64,000 nt of DNA from Eledone cirrhosa (GCA_964016885.1 OZ024754.1:12586001-12650000); one strand, 5' to 3'; positions 25,729-39,419 are shown, counted from the stretch's first letter. Made by a program: numbers and translations. Notes: a model not told the origin generated them from the letters alone.

Positions 25729-25911
25729 TGTATGTATGCATATGTGGGGGAACGTTTTCACGAACCAAAGTAACGTCTTCCTGTTTTCCTTCAGTTGTAA
25801 TGTTTTTCGAAATATTTACTTCTGCATCCACAGATTGATTTTTTTTAGAATTTCAGAAGATCCCATTAAGGGTGAAAGCAGCAATTCTTTGCTTAAACTT
25901 TAATCTGTTCT

Positions 25912-25951
<40 letters not shown>

Positions 25952-26051
25952 ATTGAATAATTACTCCAGGAACAAGTTGAGTGCTCTAAATCAGTTATAA
26001 ACATTTATATTTATATTTGTCGGATTTCCAACAAATTAAATACCCCTTCTA

Positions 26052-26126
<75 letters not shown>

Positions 26127-26682
26127 GCATATGAGTGTGTGTATATATATATGCCAGGGAACGTTTTCACGAACCAAAGTAACGTCTTCCTGGTTTCCTT
26201 CAGTTGTAATGTTTTTCGAAATATTTACTTCTGCATCCACAGATTGATTTTTTTTAGCACATGTATATATATATATATATAATCCTTATCGAGCCCTCTT
26301 CAGATTTGAGTCTTCATATTTATTATTACTATTATTATTATTATTATATTTATATAATGGTGGATTGGCAGTATCAGTAGATGGTCGGACGCCATACTTT
26401 GCAGCATAGAGTTACGGCCCGTTATGGTCTGAGTTCAAATCGCACCTAGATTAACTTTGCCTTTCGTCCTAGGGTGTCATGCCTTTAGCACAACTGTAGG
26501 GTCCTCCCAACCCTTTGTTTGGTAATCTTTCTATAGCTGAATGCCCTTCCTGTCACCACATATATATGTATATATGTATATATATATATATATATGTGTG
26601 TGTGAATGTGTTCTGTTTTTGACATTAGAAGAGCAGCCAACAACTGAGTGTATAACCAGTAACAACCTAGTGTACAACTTAT

Positions 26683-27931
26683 CTAGGGTGGGTAAAATTC
26701 CCAAGATCCATGGATGAGATCTCTACAGTGGTCTCTGTCCCTCATTATCGCTGCCATGTCCTGTGTCTCCAACAGACCAGTGTCTGTCCTTAGGGCATCA
26801 ACATATGTTAACTTCGGTCTTCCTCTTCCAGTGTGTCAATGCAGGGGCTCCCACAGGAGCACTGAGTGCAGTGTCAACTCTTGATGTTAGTGAGCGTGTC
26901 CAGCCAACCTCAGTCTCCTCTGTGTCACTTTTGACCTGACTTTTGGAAGGCTCCCGTACAGCTCTGAGTTCTTCATTCTCAGTGTATACTGATTAATGTT
27001 CAGAACCATCCTCAGCATTCTCGTGTAGCACCCATCCACCATCTGAGTGAGTTTCTTAGTCAGTGTCCAAGTCTCAGACCCGTATAGCAGCACAGACTCC
27101 ACTACAGCAATGAAGATGCGGATCTTCAATGGGTTTACGAAGGTCCGACTTCCACCCTGATCTCAAGCTGTGGCACACCGCCCAGGCTTTGCTCTTCCTC
27201 TCGACCACATCATCTTCCGTATTCCCAATCTTTGCTCCCAAATACAGGAAGTCCTCAACTAATTCTAGCGGCTTCCCGCCTACATTAGTAATCATCTCTG
27301 ATTCTTAACAGGATCCAGCCCGAGATGGAGAAGAAGCTGAGGCACAACCAGAACGGCTTCAGAGAGGGAAGATCAACCACCAGTCACATCCTGATGCTGA
27401 GGAGCATATTAGAGGGAGCTAGAGCAAAGTGCCATCCTGCGGTCATGGTTTTCATTGACTTTAGGAAGGCCTTTGATTCTGTGGACCGTCACTGCCTGAT
27501 GAAAATCTTACAGGCTTATGGAATCCCCAAGAAGATAGTGGACCTGATATCACTGCTCTACACCAACACCCAAGTCATTACACCTGATGAGATGACAGAG
27601 TTCTTCGAGATACTGGCTGGAGTGCTCCAGAGAGATACATTGGCTCCCTACCTTTTTATTATCGTAGTGGACTATTGTATGAGCCTTGCTCTGGAGAAAC
27701 ACCAGGACTCTGGCTTTCCTGTAGCACCGGCTTAGAGCAGGGGAGTTAAGGCGAAAAAGATATCAGATGCTGAATTTGCCGACGACATAGTTTTGGTGAC
27801 AAATACAATGAAGGAGGCAGAGGATTTGATGCGGGAGGTTGAGACTATGTCGATGAGTGTGGGGCTGAGAATGAATGAGATTAAGACAAAATATCTGGTA
27901 GAGAATATTAAGAAGCCAGAGAAGATTACTA

Positions 27932-27933
<2 letters not shown>
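26683..27933 (-). mobile_element. RTE-clade LINE with a 5' inversion (RT core on plus, 3' end on minus)
   Basis: Plus 27305-27933 encodes [43 protein letters not shown]. Minus 26683-27308 encodes FLYLG..VESVLLYGSETWTLT..RRLRLAGHAH. Stops and frameshifts are present. Confidence 0.92.
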
Positions 27934-27975
<42 letters not shown>

Positions 27976-27981
27976 AAAGTT

Positions 27982-28012
<31 letters not shown>

Positions 28013-28128
28013 CATTGATATATTTATATATATATATGTTTATATATATCATTGATATATATCATTTTTCATTTCATTTCATTTTACGTCCGCTTTTTCC
28101 CTGCTTGCAAGATATGTTTATATATATA

Positions 28129-28166
<38 letters not shown>

Positions 28167-28181
28167 TATATATATATATAT

Positions 28182-28255
<74 letters not shown>

Positions 28256-28324
28256 ATATGTGTATATATGTGTATGTGTGTTAATATATATATAAATATA
28301 TATAAACATATATATATCTCAATG

Positions 28325-28392
<68 letters not shown>

Positions 28393-28970
28393 ACACACAC
28401 ATGTATATATATATATACATTTTAATAGATGGTTTAAGTTGCATGGCTTCAAAGGTATTTTTCTCCAGGACTGTAATTCTCTTTTATCAGAGCCTATATC
28501 TACATATTATCTTCCCGAATCAACAGATCTGAATGCATAAAATGAATATGAATATGCTAATGTAAATATGCATTGTGAAGTAGTAGATTATACAACATAA
28601 TTTTCCAGCTCTTGTAGATAATTGCACATCTGCATAGAAACACGTGTAAGAGAACTTATTATGTAATAAATCTTTATTTGAATTTCAACAGATTTTGCCT
28701 TGTTTTTTCTTGTACACTATTGACTTTATATATACACTGGGTCATAAAGTATGAAATTTGTAGAAATTTATAGAAAAAACAAATTTCTACAAATTTCATA
28801 CTTGACAACCTAATATATAAATATATTTATATATTTATGCGAGAGATAGAGATAGGGTGAGAGAGTGAGAGATATTATTTACTCGATTTTTCTGTAAAAC
28901 CCCACTGTCCCAGTCTTTTGTATTGTCCCCTATATGTCGGCCCTTGTGGCCAATAAATGAAATCATTATT

Positions 28971-29155
28971 GGTGGATTGGCAGTATCGGTAGAGAGTCGG
29001 ACGCCATGCTTTTCAGCATAGTTACGTCCCTTTACGGTCTGAGTTCAAATCCCACCGAGGTTAACTTTGACTTTCATCCTTACGGGGTCGATAAAATAAA
29101 GTACCAGTAATGCACTGGTTAATTGCTGGCCTTGTGCCTAAAGTAGAAACAATTA
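28971..29155 (+). mobile_element. SINE-A
   Basis: A/B boxes and family body present. Confidence 0.85.
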
Positions 29156-29207
29156 TTATTATCATCATCATCATCATCATAATTATTATATATATATATA
29201 TATATAT

Positions 29208-29458
29208 CTAAGGCGGGTAAAATTCCCGAGATCCATGGATGAGTTCTCTCCAGCGGTCTCTGTCCCTCATTATCGCTGCCATGTCCTGCGTCTCCAACAG
29301 ACCAGTGTCTGTCCTTAGGGCATCAACATACGTTAACCTTGGTCTTCCTCTTCTAGTCTGTCCATGTAGGGGCTCCCAAAGGAGCACTGAGTGCAATGTC
29401 AACTCTGGATGTCTGTGGGCATGTCCAGCTAACCTCAGTCTCCTCTGTGTCACTTTTG
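29208..29458 (-). mobile_element. 3' end of the same RTE family
   Basis: RRLRLAGHAHRHPE...RRGRPRLTYVDAL...FYPP*, directly followed by (TA)n. Confidence 0.88.
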
Positions 29459-29663
29459 AGGAATTGTGGTAAGGAACCAGATGGACCATAAAGAACCAGA
29501 TGGACCATAACGCCCCAAATTACTCAATACTTAGGGTAGTAGAGTGGGTAATAGGAAAAAGTATGACCCCGATGGCAGAGCTCAAGCTGTTTCGACGGCT
29601 ATTTCTGGACTCAGAAATAGCCGTCGAAACAGATTGAGCTCTGCCGTCGGGGCCATACTTTTT

Positions 29664-29668
<5 letters not shown>
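29459..29668 (-). mobile_element. PLE-like terminal fragment with a 118-bp palindrome (hairpin family, copy A)
   Basis: The arms span 29551-29668 around loop gact. Homologous to 36907-37111, 59635-59831 and 17915-18176. Confidence 0.75.
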
Positions 29669-29740
<72 letters not shown>

Positions 29741-30109
29741 TTATGTGTGTGCTTTACTATAAAGCCTTTATCACATTTTCTATTGTCAACATCGTCTCTC
29801 TTTTCAACTGATTGGATTATATTTTAGATGTTCACACAAAAGCTGGTATACGGCAGCCTTTAAGTTCATAAATATCAATTACAGCTGCTTGTATTAACAT
29901 TTTAAATTTACATGCTTCCACACTAGTTGTGTAGGCAAATAATTTCATGCACTTCTGTTTGTGAAAGCATAGAATGTGTACACAAACATTTGTAAAATCA
30001 TACATACATCCATTGCATCGAGACGTTCTTCATATATCTTCCTTTTCCAGATAGAAATCTAGAGTAAAAACTGTCCATGACCCATTTTTGTACATAAACA
30101 AATCTGTGC

Positions 30110-30112
30110 ATG

Positions 30113-30144
<32 letters not shown>

Positions 30145-30615
30145 GATACATATATATATATATATATATACAAACATGCATATATTATACATACATATAT
30201 ACATATATATATTATACGTACATACATATATACATATATATATTATACGTACATACATATATACATATATATATTACACGTACATACATATATACATACA
30301 TATATTATACATACATACATATATATATTATACGTACATACATATATACATATATACATACATATATTATACATACATATATACATACATATATTATATA
30401 TACATCACACATACATATATACATACATACATCACACAAACACACACACACATACACATACACACACATACACACACACACATACATACACACACATACA
30501 CATACATACATGCACATACACACACATACACATACATACGCACATACACACACACACATACATACACACACATACACATACATACACCCACATACACACA
30601 CATACATACACACAT

Positions 30616-30646
<31 letters not shown>

Positions 30647-30720
30647 TACATACACACACACACACACACACATACATACACACACATACACATACACACA
30701 CACATACACATACACACACT
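30110..30720. repeat. (TA)/(CA) compound microsatellite
   Basis: Direct inspection. Confidence 0.95.
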
Positions 30721-31104
30721 GTTGCACATAAAAATGAATGACCAGTGTCTACTATGTCATGAATATTTGCAGAAATATTAATGTCAACACGAAGGAAAAA
30801 AAAAAATCTAGAAATAAAATAATAAATATAAATAAATTGATAAATAGATAAAAAAGGGAAGGATAGAGGAAAGGAAAGAAAGGAAAAAGATAAAAAAAAA
30901 AGAAATAACTGGAAATAAAAAAGAAAATAAAGGAAAGAAAGTGTGGAAATAGAAATGATGATTGGAATATTGGAAAGATAAGGTTTTCTGACAAATGATT
31001 GAAGTCATAAATATTCACAAGATTGGGAAGAAAATAGATAGAAGTCAATTTATCATGTCCATCACCTGCCTCTACTCCACCACTGTCACCACTGTATAAC
31101 TACT

Positions 31105-32010
31105 TCTACCATCACTACCATCACTACAACCACTACCACAGCTATCACTACCATCACTACCATCACCACTACCACAGCCACAACTATGACTACCATCACC
31201 ACTACCATAGCTATCACTACCATCACTACCATCACCACTACCACAGCCACTACCATCACTACCATCACTACCATCACCACTACCACAGCCACAACTATGA
31301 CTACCATCACCACTACCACAGCTATCACTACCATCACTACCATCACCACTACCACAGCCACTACCATCACTACCATCACTACCATCACCACTACCACAGC
31401 CACAACTATGACTACCATCACCACTACCATAGCTATCACTACCATCACCACTACCACAGCTATCACTACCATCACTACCATCACCACTACCACAGCCACT
31501 ACCATCACTACCATCACCACTACCACAGCTATCACTACCATCACTACCATCACCACAACCACAGCCACTACCATCACTACCATCACCACTACCACAGCTA
31601 TCACTACCATCACTACCATCACCACTACCACAGCCACTACCATCACTACCATCACCACTACCACAGCTATCACTACCATCACTACCATCACCACTACCAC
31701 AGCCACAACTATCACTACCATCACCACTACCACAGCTATCACAACCATCACTACCATCACCACTACCACAGCCACTACCATCACTACCATCACTACTACC
31801 ACAGCCACAACTATCACTACCATCACCACTACCACAACCACAACCACCACTACCATCACCACCACAACCATCACTACATCCACCAGCACAACCATCATTA
31901 CCATCACATATCACCACAACCACAGCTATCAGCACAATCATCACCACCACAACCACATCCACCACATCCACCACAACTATCACCACCATCACACTACCAC
32001 CACACAACAT
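31105..32010. repeat. CAC/TAC/CAT compound trinucleotide array
   Basis: Direct inspection. Confidence 0.95.
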
Positions 32011-32568
32011 GACCACACTGTCATCAAAATCTCATACACACCTACCACCACCTCATTACCAACACTAACCCCTCCCCACATTATTAATATCATCACCATA
32101 ACACCCATCTCTATCTTATCATCATCATCATCATCATCATTAACATTCTCATCATCATGGCTATCTCTATAAATGTTTCCATATACAATTTATTCAGTCT
32201 GTTGGCACAAGTTAATCAACACAATTCAGCTATGATATATTCTTTGCTACCTCATACACCCTCTACTGAAATCAGAAACTGACTTGTTAAATCTTTCAGG
32301 CCACTCCAAGTAACATGTTAGCAAGATACTGTTCTCTGACCAGTATAGTCTTAGATAGTGAGGACCAAGCCAGCGGTGTGCAGAGCTCTGGTGATGTCCG
32401 GAGCAAATCTTGGTTGTATGCCCCAAACACTCAAGTATAAGGCCTAATGCCCCAAACACTCAAGTATAAGGCCTATTGCTCCAAACACTCAAGTATAAGG
32501 CCTAATATACTGAGAAATATTATGATAAAGAACACAAGAGCGTCTACAACATCAAAAGATTTTTATTG

Positions 32569-32613
32569 GCTTACAATGTTTCTTCCTTACGTAACCGTAG
32601 GATTCATCAGAGC
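32569..32613 (-). ncRNA. Minimal hammerhead ribozyme candidate
   Basis: The reverse complement reads gct-CTGATGA-atcctacg[gtta]cgtaaggaa-GAAA-cattg-TA-agc. Confidence 0.6.
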
Positions 32614-33072
32614 TATAAAAGGGGTTTGATTGGTGTTATGGACTCTACCAACCAAACATTCAAGAACAAAGAGTAAAGAGAGTAAAGAGCAAAAGCAGGG
32701 GACGATAAGTCTAATTTTGGTGTGGGAGGCTGGGGTTTGGGTCCTTGTTTACTAGCTGTGGTCATATTCATTCCCGGGAGTCGAGTGGTTAGTTGAGCCA
32801 TAGATGGGGTGGCGTCGATAGTAGGGTGCAGAGGCTACACACACACAAAAGGCATTATGAGAAAGAAAAATATTTTGAATATATAAATACAGATGAAAGA
32901 TGAAATAAACACTTTATTTCATTTTAATAAAAATCAATCAAATTTATTAAGTTCTTTTTCCCAAATGATGCCCCCATCCCTCTGCACGCTACTGGACCAA
33001 GCCAACCCATACCAGCAGGGAAACCAGACATCATAAAATGATGATGTCGATAATGATTATATATATATATAG

Positions 33073-33403
33073 CAGCGTTTCTCAACCTTTTTACCCTTGT
33101 GGAACCCTTGAAATAGGTTCATGTCTCAGGGAACCCCTACATAAAAATTATTATATACCATTATTAATATCTATCTCTTATATTGACCTAGTTTTAAATA
33201 ATATAAGAGGTTGAAGCCTTTCTTAAAATAAACAAGGATTTTCCGACAATATGCCGTAAATGTATAGTAAAATTACGAATATAAAATTAAACAAAAATTA
33301 CTTTTTAAAATACATTAGTTTATTTATCACTGGTTCTTGTGGAACCCCTAGCTACCTCTTGCGGAATCCTAGGGTTCCGCGAAACACCGGTTGAGAAACG
33401 CTG
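33073..33403. mobile_element. hAT (Charlie-like) MITE
   Basis: Perfect 15-bp TIRs CAGCGTTTCTCAACC / GGTTGAGAAACGCTG and an 8-bp TSD, ATATATAG, on both sides. Confidence 0.92.
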
Positions 33404-33965
33404 ATATATAGTGACATATTTTTAAACATCCTTGAAAAGGCTTGCTAAACATACAAGCCAGAACCGTTTGGTATTGCAGTCAGGATTTTACATCTCTCTC
33501 TCTCTCTATATATATATATATACGGGATGCAGACCCACCCCCCAGTTTGCCTGGGAGGTCAGTAGCCCCGCTTCAGTAGTGACTTGTAGACCAGTCCAAC
33601 CTTTGTTAGTAGGGAAAGTGGATTTAAATGTGGTTGGTGTTAGGAAGGGCATCCAGCCATAGAAAACCTGCCAGAAACAGCTCTGTATGAGCAAGACATG
33701 GTCACCTCAAGTGGGACAAATCTTTCCCACACATGCTAGCATGGAAGATGGACGTTAAACGATGATGATGATGATGATATATATATATATATATATATTT
33801 TATGTATGTTTTCCATGCTGTTATGGGTTTGACAGGTTTTCTCTTCAGTAAAGCTTCCTTCTAGATGCAGCCTATTGTCATCACTTCAGTGTTTCTACCC
33901 AAGTCTTCCTCAACATTCCTCTACAGCCACTTTTTTTCTGTCAATTCTTCACCTAACTCTCATTA

Positions 33966-34247
33966 GATTGGCAGAATCGGTAGAGCGTCAGATACCATGC
34001 TTTCTAGCATAGTTACGTCCCTTTACAGTCTGAGTTCAAATCCCGCCGAGGTTAACTTTGCCTTTCATCCTTACGGGGTCGATAAAATAAAGTACCAGTA
34101 ATGTACTGGGTATTTGCTGGCCTTGTGCCTAAAGTAGAAACAATTATCAATATACCATGGGCAGTGGATTGGCAGTATCGGTAGAGGGTCTGACGCCATG
34201 CTTTGCAGCACAGAGTTGTGGCCCTTTATGATCTGAGTTCAAATTCC
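33966..34247 (+). mobile_element. SINE-A plus truncated SINE-A head
   Basis: Family match. Confidence 0.8.
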
Positions 34248-34349
34248 ATAAGTATCTTATTCACCCTAGCGAATCTGGTCCCTTATGATTTGAACACATA
34301 TATGTATATATCTGAGTTTATCTCTCTTTATTATATTAAATTGTAAGTT

Positions 34350-35172
34350 TGAGTTCAAATCCCACCGAGGTTAACTTTGCCTTTCATCCTTACGGGGTCG
34401 ATAAAATAAAGTACCAGTAATGCACTGAGGTAATTGCAGGCCTTGTGCCAAAAGTAGAAACAATTATATTAAATTATATTATCAAATCCCGCCGAGGTTA
34501 ACTTTGACTTTCATCCTTACGGGGTCGATAAAATAAAGTACCAGTAATGCACTGAGGTAATTGCAGGCCTTGTGCCAAAAGTAGAAACAATTATATTAAA
34601 TTATATTATCAAATCCCGCCGAGGTTAACTTTGACTTTCATCCTTACGGGTGGGTGGGTGGGGTGGTGGTGATAAAATGAAGTACCAGTAATACACTGGC
34701 ATAATTGCTGGCCCTGTGCCAAAAGTAGAAACAATTATATTAAATTATATTATCAAATCCCGCCGAGGTTAACTTTGACTTTCATCCTTACGGGTGGGTG
34801 GGTGGGGTGGTGGTGGTGATAAAATGAAGTACCAGTAATACACTGGCATAATTGCTGGCCCTGTGCCAAAAGTAGAAACAATTATATTAAATTATATTAT
34901 CAAATCCCGCCGAGGTTAACTTTGACTTTCATCCTTACGGGGGGTGGGGTGGTGGTGGTGATAAAATGAAGTACCAGTAATACACTGGCATAATTGCTGG
35001 CCTTGTGCCAAAAGTAGAAACAATTATATTAAATTATATTATCAAATCCCGCCGAGGTTAACTTTGACTTTCATCCTTACGGGTGGGTGGGTGGGGTGGT
35101 GGTGGTGATAAAATGAAGTACCAGTAATACACTGGCATAATTGCTGGCCTTGTGCCAAAAGTAGAAACAATT
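34350..35172 (+). repeat. Tandem array of six SINE-A 3' halves (~127-148 bp units)
   Basis: Repeating tcaaatcccgccgagg...gtagaaacaattatattaaattatatt. Confidence 0.9.
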
Positions 35173-35367
35173 ATCAATATACCATGTTCATACCAACACA
35201 CTTTTCTGCCATGTACAAAGTCTACCGTTTCTGTCAGTCTGTCTGTTATCCCACTACACCTACGTATCCATATTTTATACTATAGAATGTGTATAAAGGC
35301 CCTACTTACTCATTTCCTTCATATCATGCGCAGACACTTCCCTGATGGAATGTGAGTCTAGCCTGCT

Positions 35368-35402
<35 letters not shown>

Positions 35403-35432
35403 TTTACGTTCGCTTTTCTCTGCATTGGTCTC

Positions 35433-35877
35433 ATCATCATCATCATCATCATCACCGTTTTACGTCCGTTCTTCCACGCTAGCATGGGTTAGACGGGTTG
35501 TCCTGTTGTGTGCAGTGTCTGGTCGGCTGACCATGCCTTGCTCATACAGGAACTGATCTGGCTTGATTTCTACAGCTGGATGCCCTTCCTAACACCAACC
35601 TCATTTACAGTGAGTGCTGGGTGCTTTTTCCGTGGCGCCTACACGTCCACTTTACAGTGTGGGCTGGGTGCTTTTTTGCCGTGGCACCTCCACGACCACC
35701 TTGCGGTGGGGTGTGTGGGGGCATATTGTTTATATGCTTCAGCTTGTACCCATGGGAGGTCGGGTACTCTGTATTACTGCGTGACGCCAGAAGTCACGGT
35801 CGTGTGTCATTGTCTTTGAGAGGTGTAGTTGGGTAAGGTCGGCTTTTATCACCTCATCCCAGGTCATCTTGGGTCTA
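35433..35877 (-). mobile_element. Second copy of the RTE plus SINE-like UTR composite
   Basis: Same junction (ggcatattgt.tatatgcttcag) as 17446-17470. Confidence 0.8.
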
Positions 35878-36227
35878 TGCTTAGATTTAATCTAACAATG
35901 GTTAAAGACTCCCTTCACACCATGGGATTTGCACCTAGAAAGTTCCTCCCCGAGGCACATGTCTGGGTAAGGTTGTTTGTGGAAGACCAACAGCTGACCG
36001 TGCAGAGCACTCTTCCCTCTCCACACCTCCAATGTTTTCTAAGGTAAAGGTAAAGGCAAAGGCTGGTACTGCTTGGGACTAGTAACATCACAACACATTT
36101 CTACAGCTGAGTGGACTGCAGCAACATGAAATAAAGAAAGTCTCTTGCTCAAGAACAACACATTGCCCGGTCCGAAAATCCAATTCACAAACCTCATGAT
36201 TGTGAATCTGATGCAGTAACCACTAAG

Positions 36228-36301
<74 letters not shown>

Positions 36302-36565
36302 ACACACACTCACATATTAATGATGTAGTTGCATATTATGTGCTGCTTTATTATGCTTGAGAAAATATTATCTAAATATCCATCTAAAATACAGTCTATT
36401 AATTATGTTCTAGATAATTAATGATGACAGTTTTTTCTAAGTCCCACATATTTAAGTGACTGTCTGCCAAGTCATTAAATAGGAGAAACTTATAAGTAAC
36501 TGTATCTCTAATTTTATAAAATATAATTACATATATAAATGCTTGTACATTTTATATATATAAAT

Positions 36566-36891
36566 GGAGGCACATGGCTTAGTGGTTAGAGCATTGGCCT
36601 TGCAATCGAAAGGTTGTGAGTTCAATTCACAGACCGGGTGATGTGTTGTTTCCTTGAGCAAGACACTTTATTTCACATTGCTTCAGTTTACTCAGCTGTA
36701 GAAATGAGATGATAGGGACTGGGGTCCATATCATTCCACTGCAAAGTGTTCGCAAAGTGGCCACGGCAAAAAAGCACCCAGCATTCACTGTAAATGAGGT
36801 TGGAAGGGCATCCAGCTGTAGAAATCAAGCCAGAATCAGTTCCCGTCCTACCCTTGCAAGCAGGGAAAAATGGACGTAAAATATGAAATGA
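36566..36891 (+). mobile_element. SINE-B
   Basis: Family match. Confidence 0.88.
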
Positions 36892-36906
36892 ATATATATA
36901 TATATA

Positions 36907-37111
36907 ACGAAGGAAATGTGGTAAGGAACCAGATGGACCATAACCCACCAAAGTACTCAATACTTCGGGTAGTAGAGTGGGTAATAGGAACGAGTAGGAC
37001 CCCGACGGTTGAGCTCAAGCTGTTTTGATGGTTAATTCTGGACTAAAATATTTTAGTCCAGAATTAGCCGTCGAAACGGCTTGAGCTCAGCCGTCGGGGT
37101 CCTACTCGTTC
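36907..37111 (-). mobile_element. Hairpin family, copy B
   Basis: Palindrome at 36988-37111, flanked by (TA)n on both sides. Confidence 0.75.
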
Positions 37112-37449
37112 ATATATATATATATATATGACCCGTCCCACCCTTGCAAGCAGGGAAAAACGGACGTAAAATGATGATGATGATGATGATGATATAAATA
37201 TAATAGGTTACAGTATCGTAAAAGAGGAAAGAAGAGGTATAAAAAGGTACAATACAGAATATTACATGCCAAAAGCGGATGCATAAGTGTTCGATTCCTG
37301 GATTAACAGGGTTAAATATTAGAGAAGGTTAATATTTGATGTAAGGTTAAGCAGAGTGGTGAATAGGAAAATAATTAATGAGAGAGTTACAAGCTGTTAA
37401 AACATATGGGACTCGTCTGAAGCAGATAAAAACTTTGCCTTTAATATCT

Positions 37450-37489
37450 GCCTCAGACGAGCCACATTGGGTGAAACACGTGTAAGAGC
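37450..37489 (+). ncRNA. Degenerate hammerhead (core variant CAGACGA)
   Basis: gcct-CAGACGA-gcc[acattg]ggt-GAAA-cacgtg-TA-agagc. The same GAAAcacgtgTAagag half recurs at 28637-28652. Confidence 0.45.
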
Positions 37490-37539
37490 TTTATAAAGAT
37501 ATGTTTTAACGGCTTGTAATTATTTCATTAATTATTTTG

Positions 37540-37576
<37 letters not shown>

Positions 37577-37731
37577 ACACATATATATATATATATAAAA
37601 TGCACAAGCAATTATGCATTCAACATGTTTTCCATGCTGGCATGGATTGGATGATTTGCCAGGTGGTGTTATTAAGTTAGACATAGCCTGGGCCAATATT
37701 GTCCAAAACCTATCAAAGTTATATATATGAA

Positions 37732-37795
<64 letters not shown>

Positions 37796-38207
37796 GTATA
37801 TAGAAAGAGATCCTTATTATTATTATTCTTTTAACACAGCTTGTTATGATCATAGAGACAGATCGGAGAGACCACATCTTGCTCATACATTCCATATTTT
37901 GGAATGGTTTCTATTGCTGGATGCCCTCCCTAATGTCAACCACTATTCACAGTGCACTGGATGCATTTTATTATAGCACCAGCACTCGAGATGTTTTCCT
38001 GTAATCTTTAAAACTGAAGAATTTTTTCTACCTTATATTGTTTCTGTTTGATTGTCTTCTGTGTTATAAAGTGTACAGGGTGAATTTTATTGGGACATGG
38101 GAGGGTGACATGTGCTTGGGAATACTGAGGGTTTATACACATATTAGAGTCCTCAAATTCAATACTAATTTAGACAAATTATATATATATTTAAAAAAAA
38201 AAAAAAT

Positions 38208-38240
<33 letters not shown>

Positions 38241-38514
38241 TATACAATATACACCTGATGATATCTCAACGTTCATACGTAACCTGGCCACTGAAAATGA
38301 GCATAGTGTTTACAGTAATAAAGATTTAAAGGAATACAACCTCCTATCATTTTACTCTGTAATATATATATATATATACTTATGTATATATTGAAAAATA
38401 CATTGAAACTTCTAAGTTAATTTTCAACTCATGAAAGCGTGGAAAAATAAACGTTTAATTGTGATGATGATGATGATGATGATGAAATATCTGCTCAATG
38501 CTACTAAAAACAAG

Positions 38515-38702
38515 TGGATTGGCAGTATCGGTAGAGGGCCGGACGCCATGCTTTGACGCATAGAGTTACGGCCCTTGCCATTCTGAGTTCAAATGCTGCC
38601 GAGGTTAACACTTTGCCTTTCATCCTTACGGGGGTCGATAAAATAAAGTACCAGTAATGCACTGGGATAATTGCTTGCCTTGTGCCAAAAGTAGAAACAA
38701 TT
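38515..38702 (+). mobile_element. SINE-A
   Basis: Family match. Confidence 0.85.
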
Positions 38703-39135
38703 ATATATATATATATATATATATATAAAAGGGTACGTCAAAGCTATTTGTAAAACTGTTATATATTGTATATATTATATATATATATCATGCCAGCATG
38801 GAAGATAGACGTTAAACGACGATGATGATGATGATGATGATATATATTGTACATATATATACAGATACAGACACAGACATATAAATTTACAATTTTAATT
38901 GCTAGCAAACAAATGTATTTTCCATTTTTATTAACTTATCTCATTAAGGAAATTATAAAGTTTCTTTTCATTACAGAATCTTTATATTATTAATCATTGA
39001 AAGAATTGTAGTTAAATTTTACAGAGGGTTCTTAGATATATTAGATAAATGAATCTGATTCTATATAATTTCATCTTGACATATTTAATATTAATTAAAG
39101 AGATTCTGATAATCTTGCATAATTTTCGTTGATCT

Positions 39136-39417
39136 CATTTCAGTATTCATGAACAATATCATTGAGTTTCCATAAATTTGAAGCAATATACTGCACACTT
39201 GATACAGGGTACCTATGATCCCATTTCAGTATTCATGAACAATATCATTGAGTTTCCATAAATTTGAAGCAATATACTGCACACTTGATACAGGGTACCT
39301 ATGATCCCATTTCAGTATTCATGAACAATATCATTGAGTTTCCATAAATTTGAAGCAGTATACTGCACACTTGATACAGGGTACCTATGATCCCATTTCA
39401 GCTATCATGAACAATAT
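39136..39417. repeat. 86-bp tandem repeat, ~3.3 copies
   Basis: catttcag starts at 39136, 39222, 39308 and 39394. Confidence 0.95.
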
Positions 39418-39419
39418 CT

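Noticed and set aside
38254-38300. CTGATGA motif (also 27584, 14524 and 26297 on minus)
   Set aside because: No properly placed GAAA or stem set, or the motif lies within RT coding sequence.
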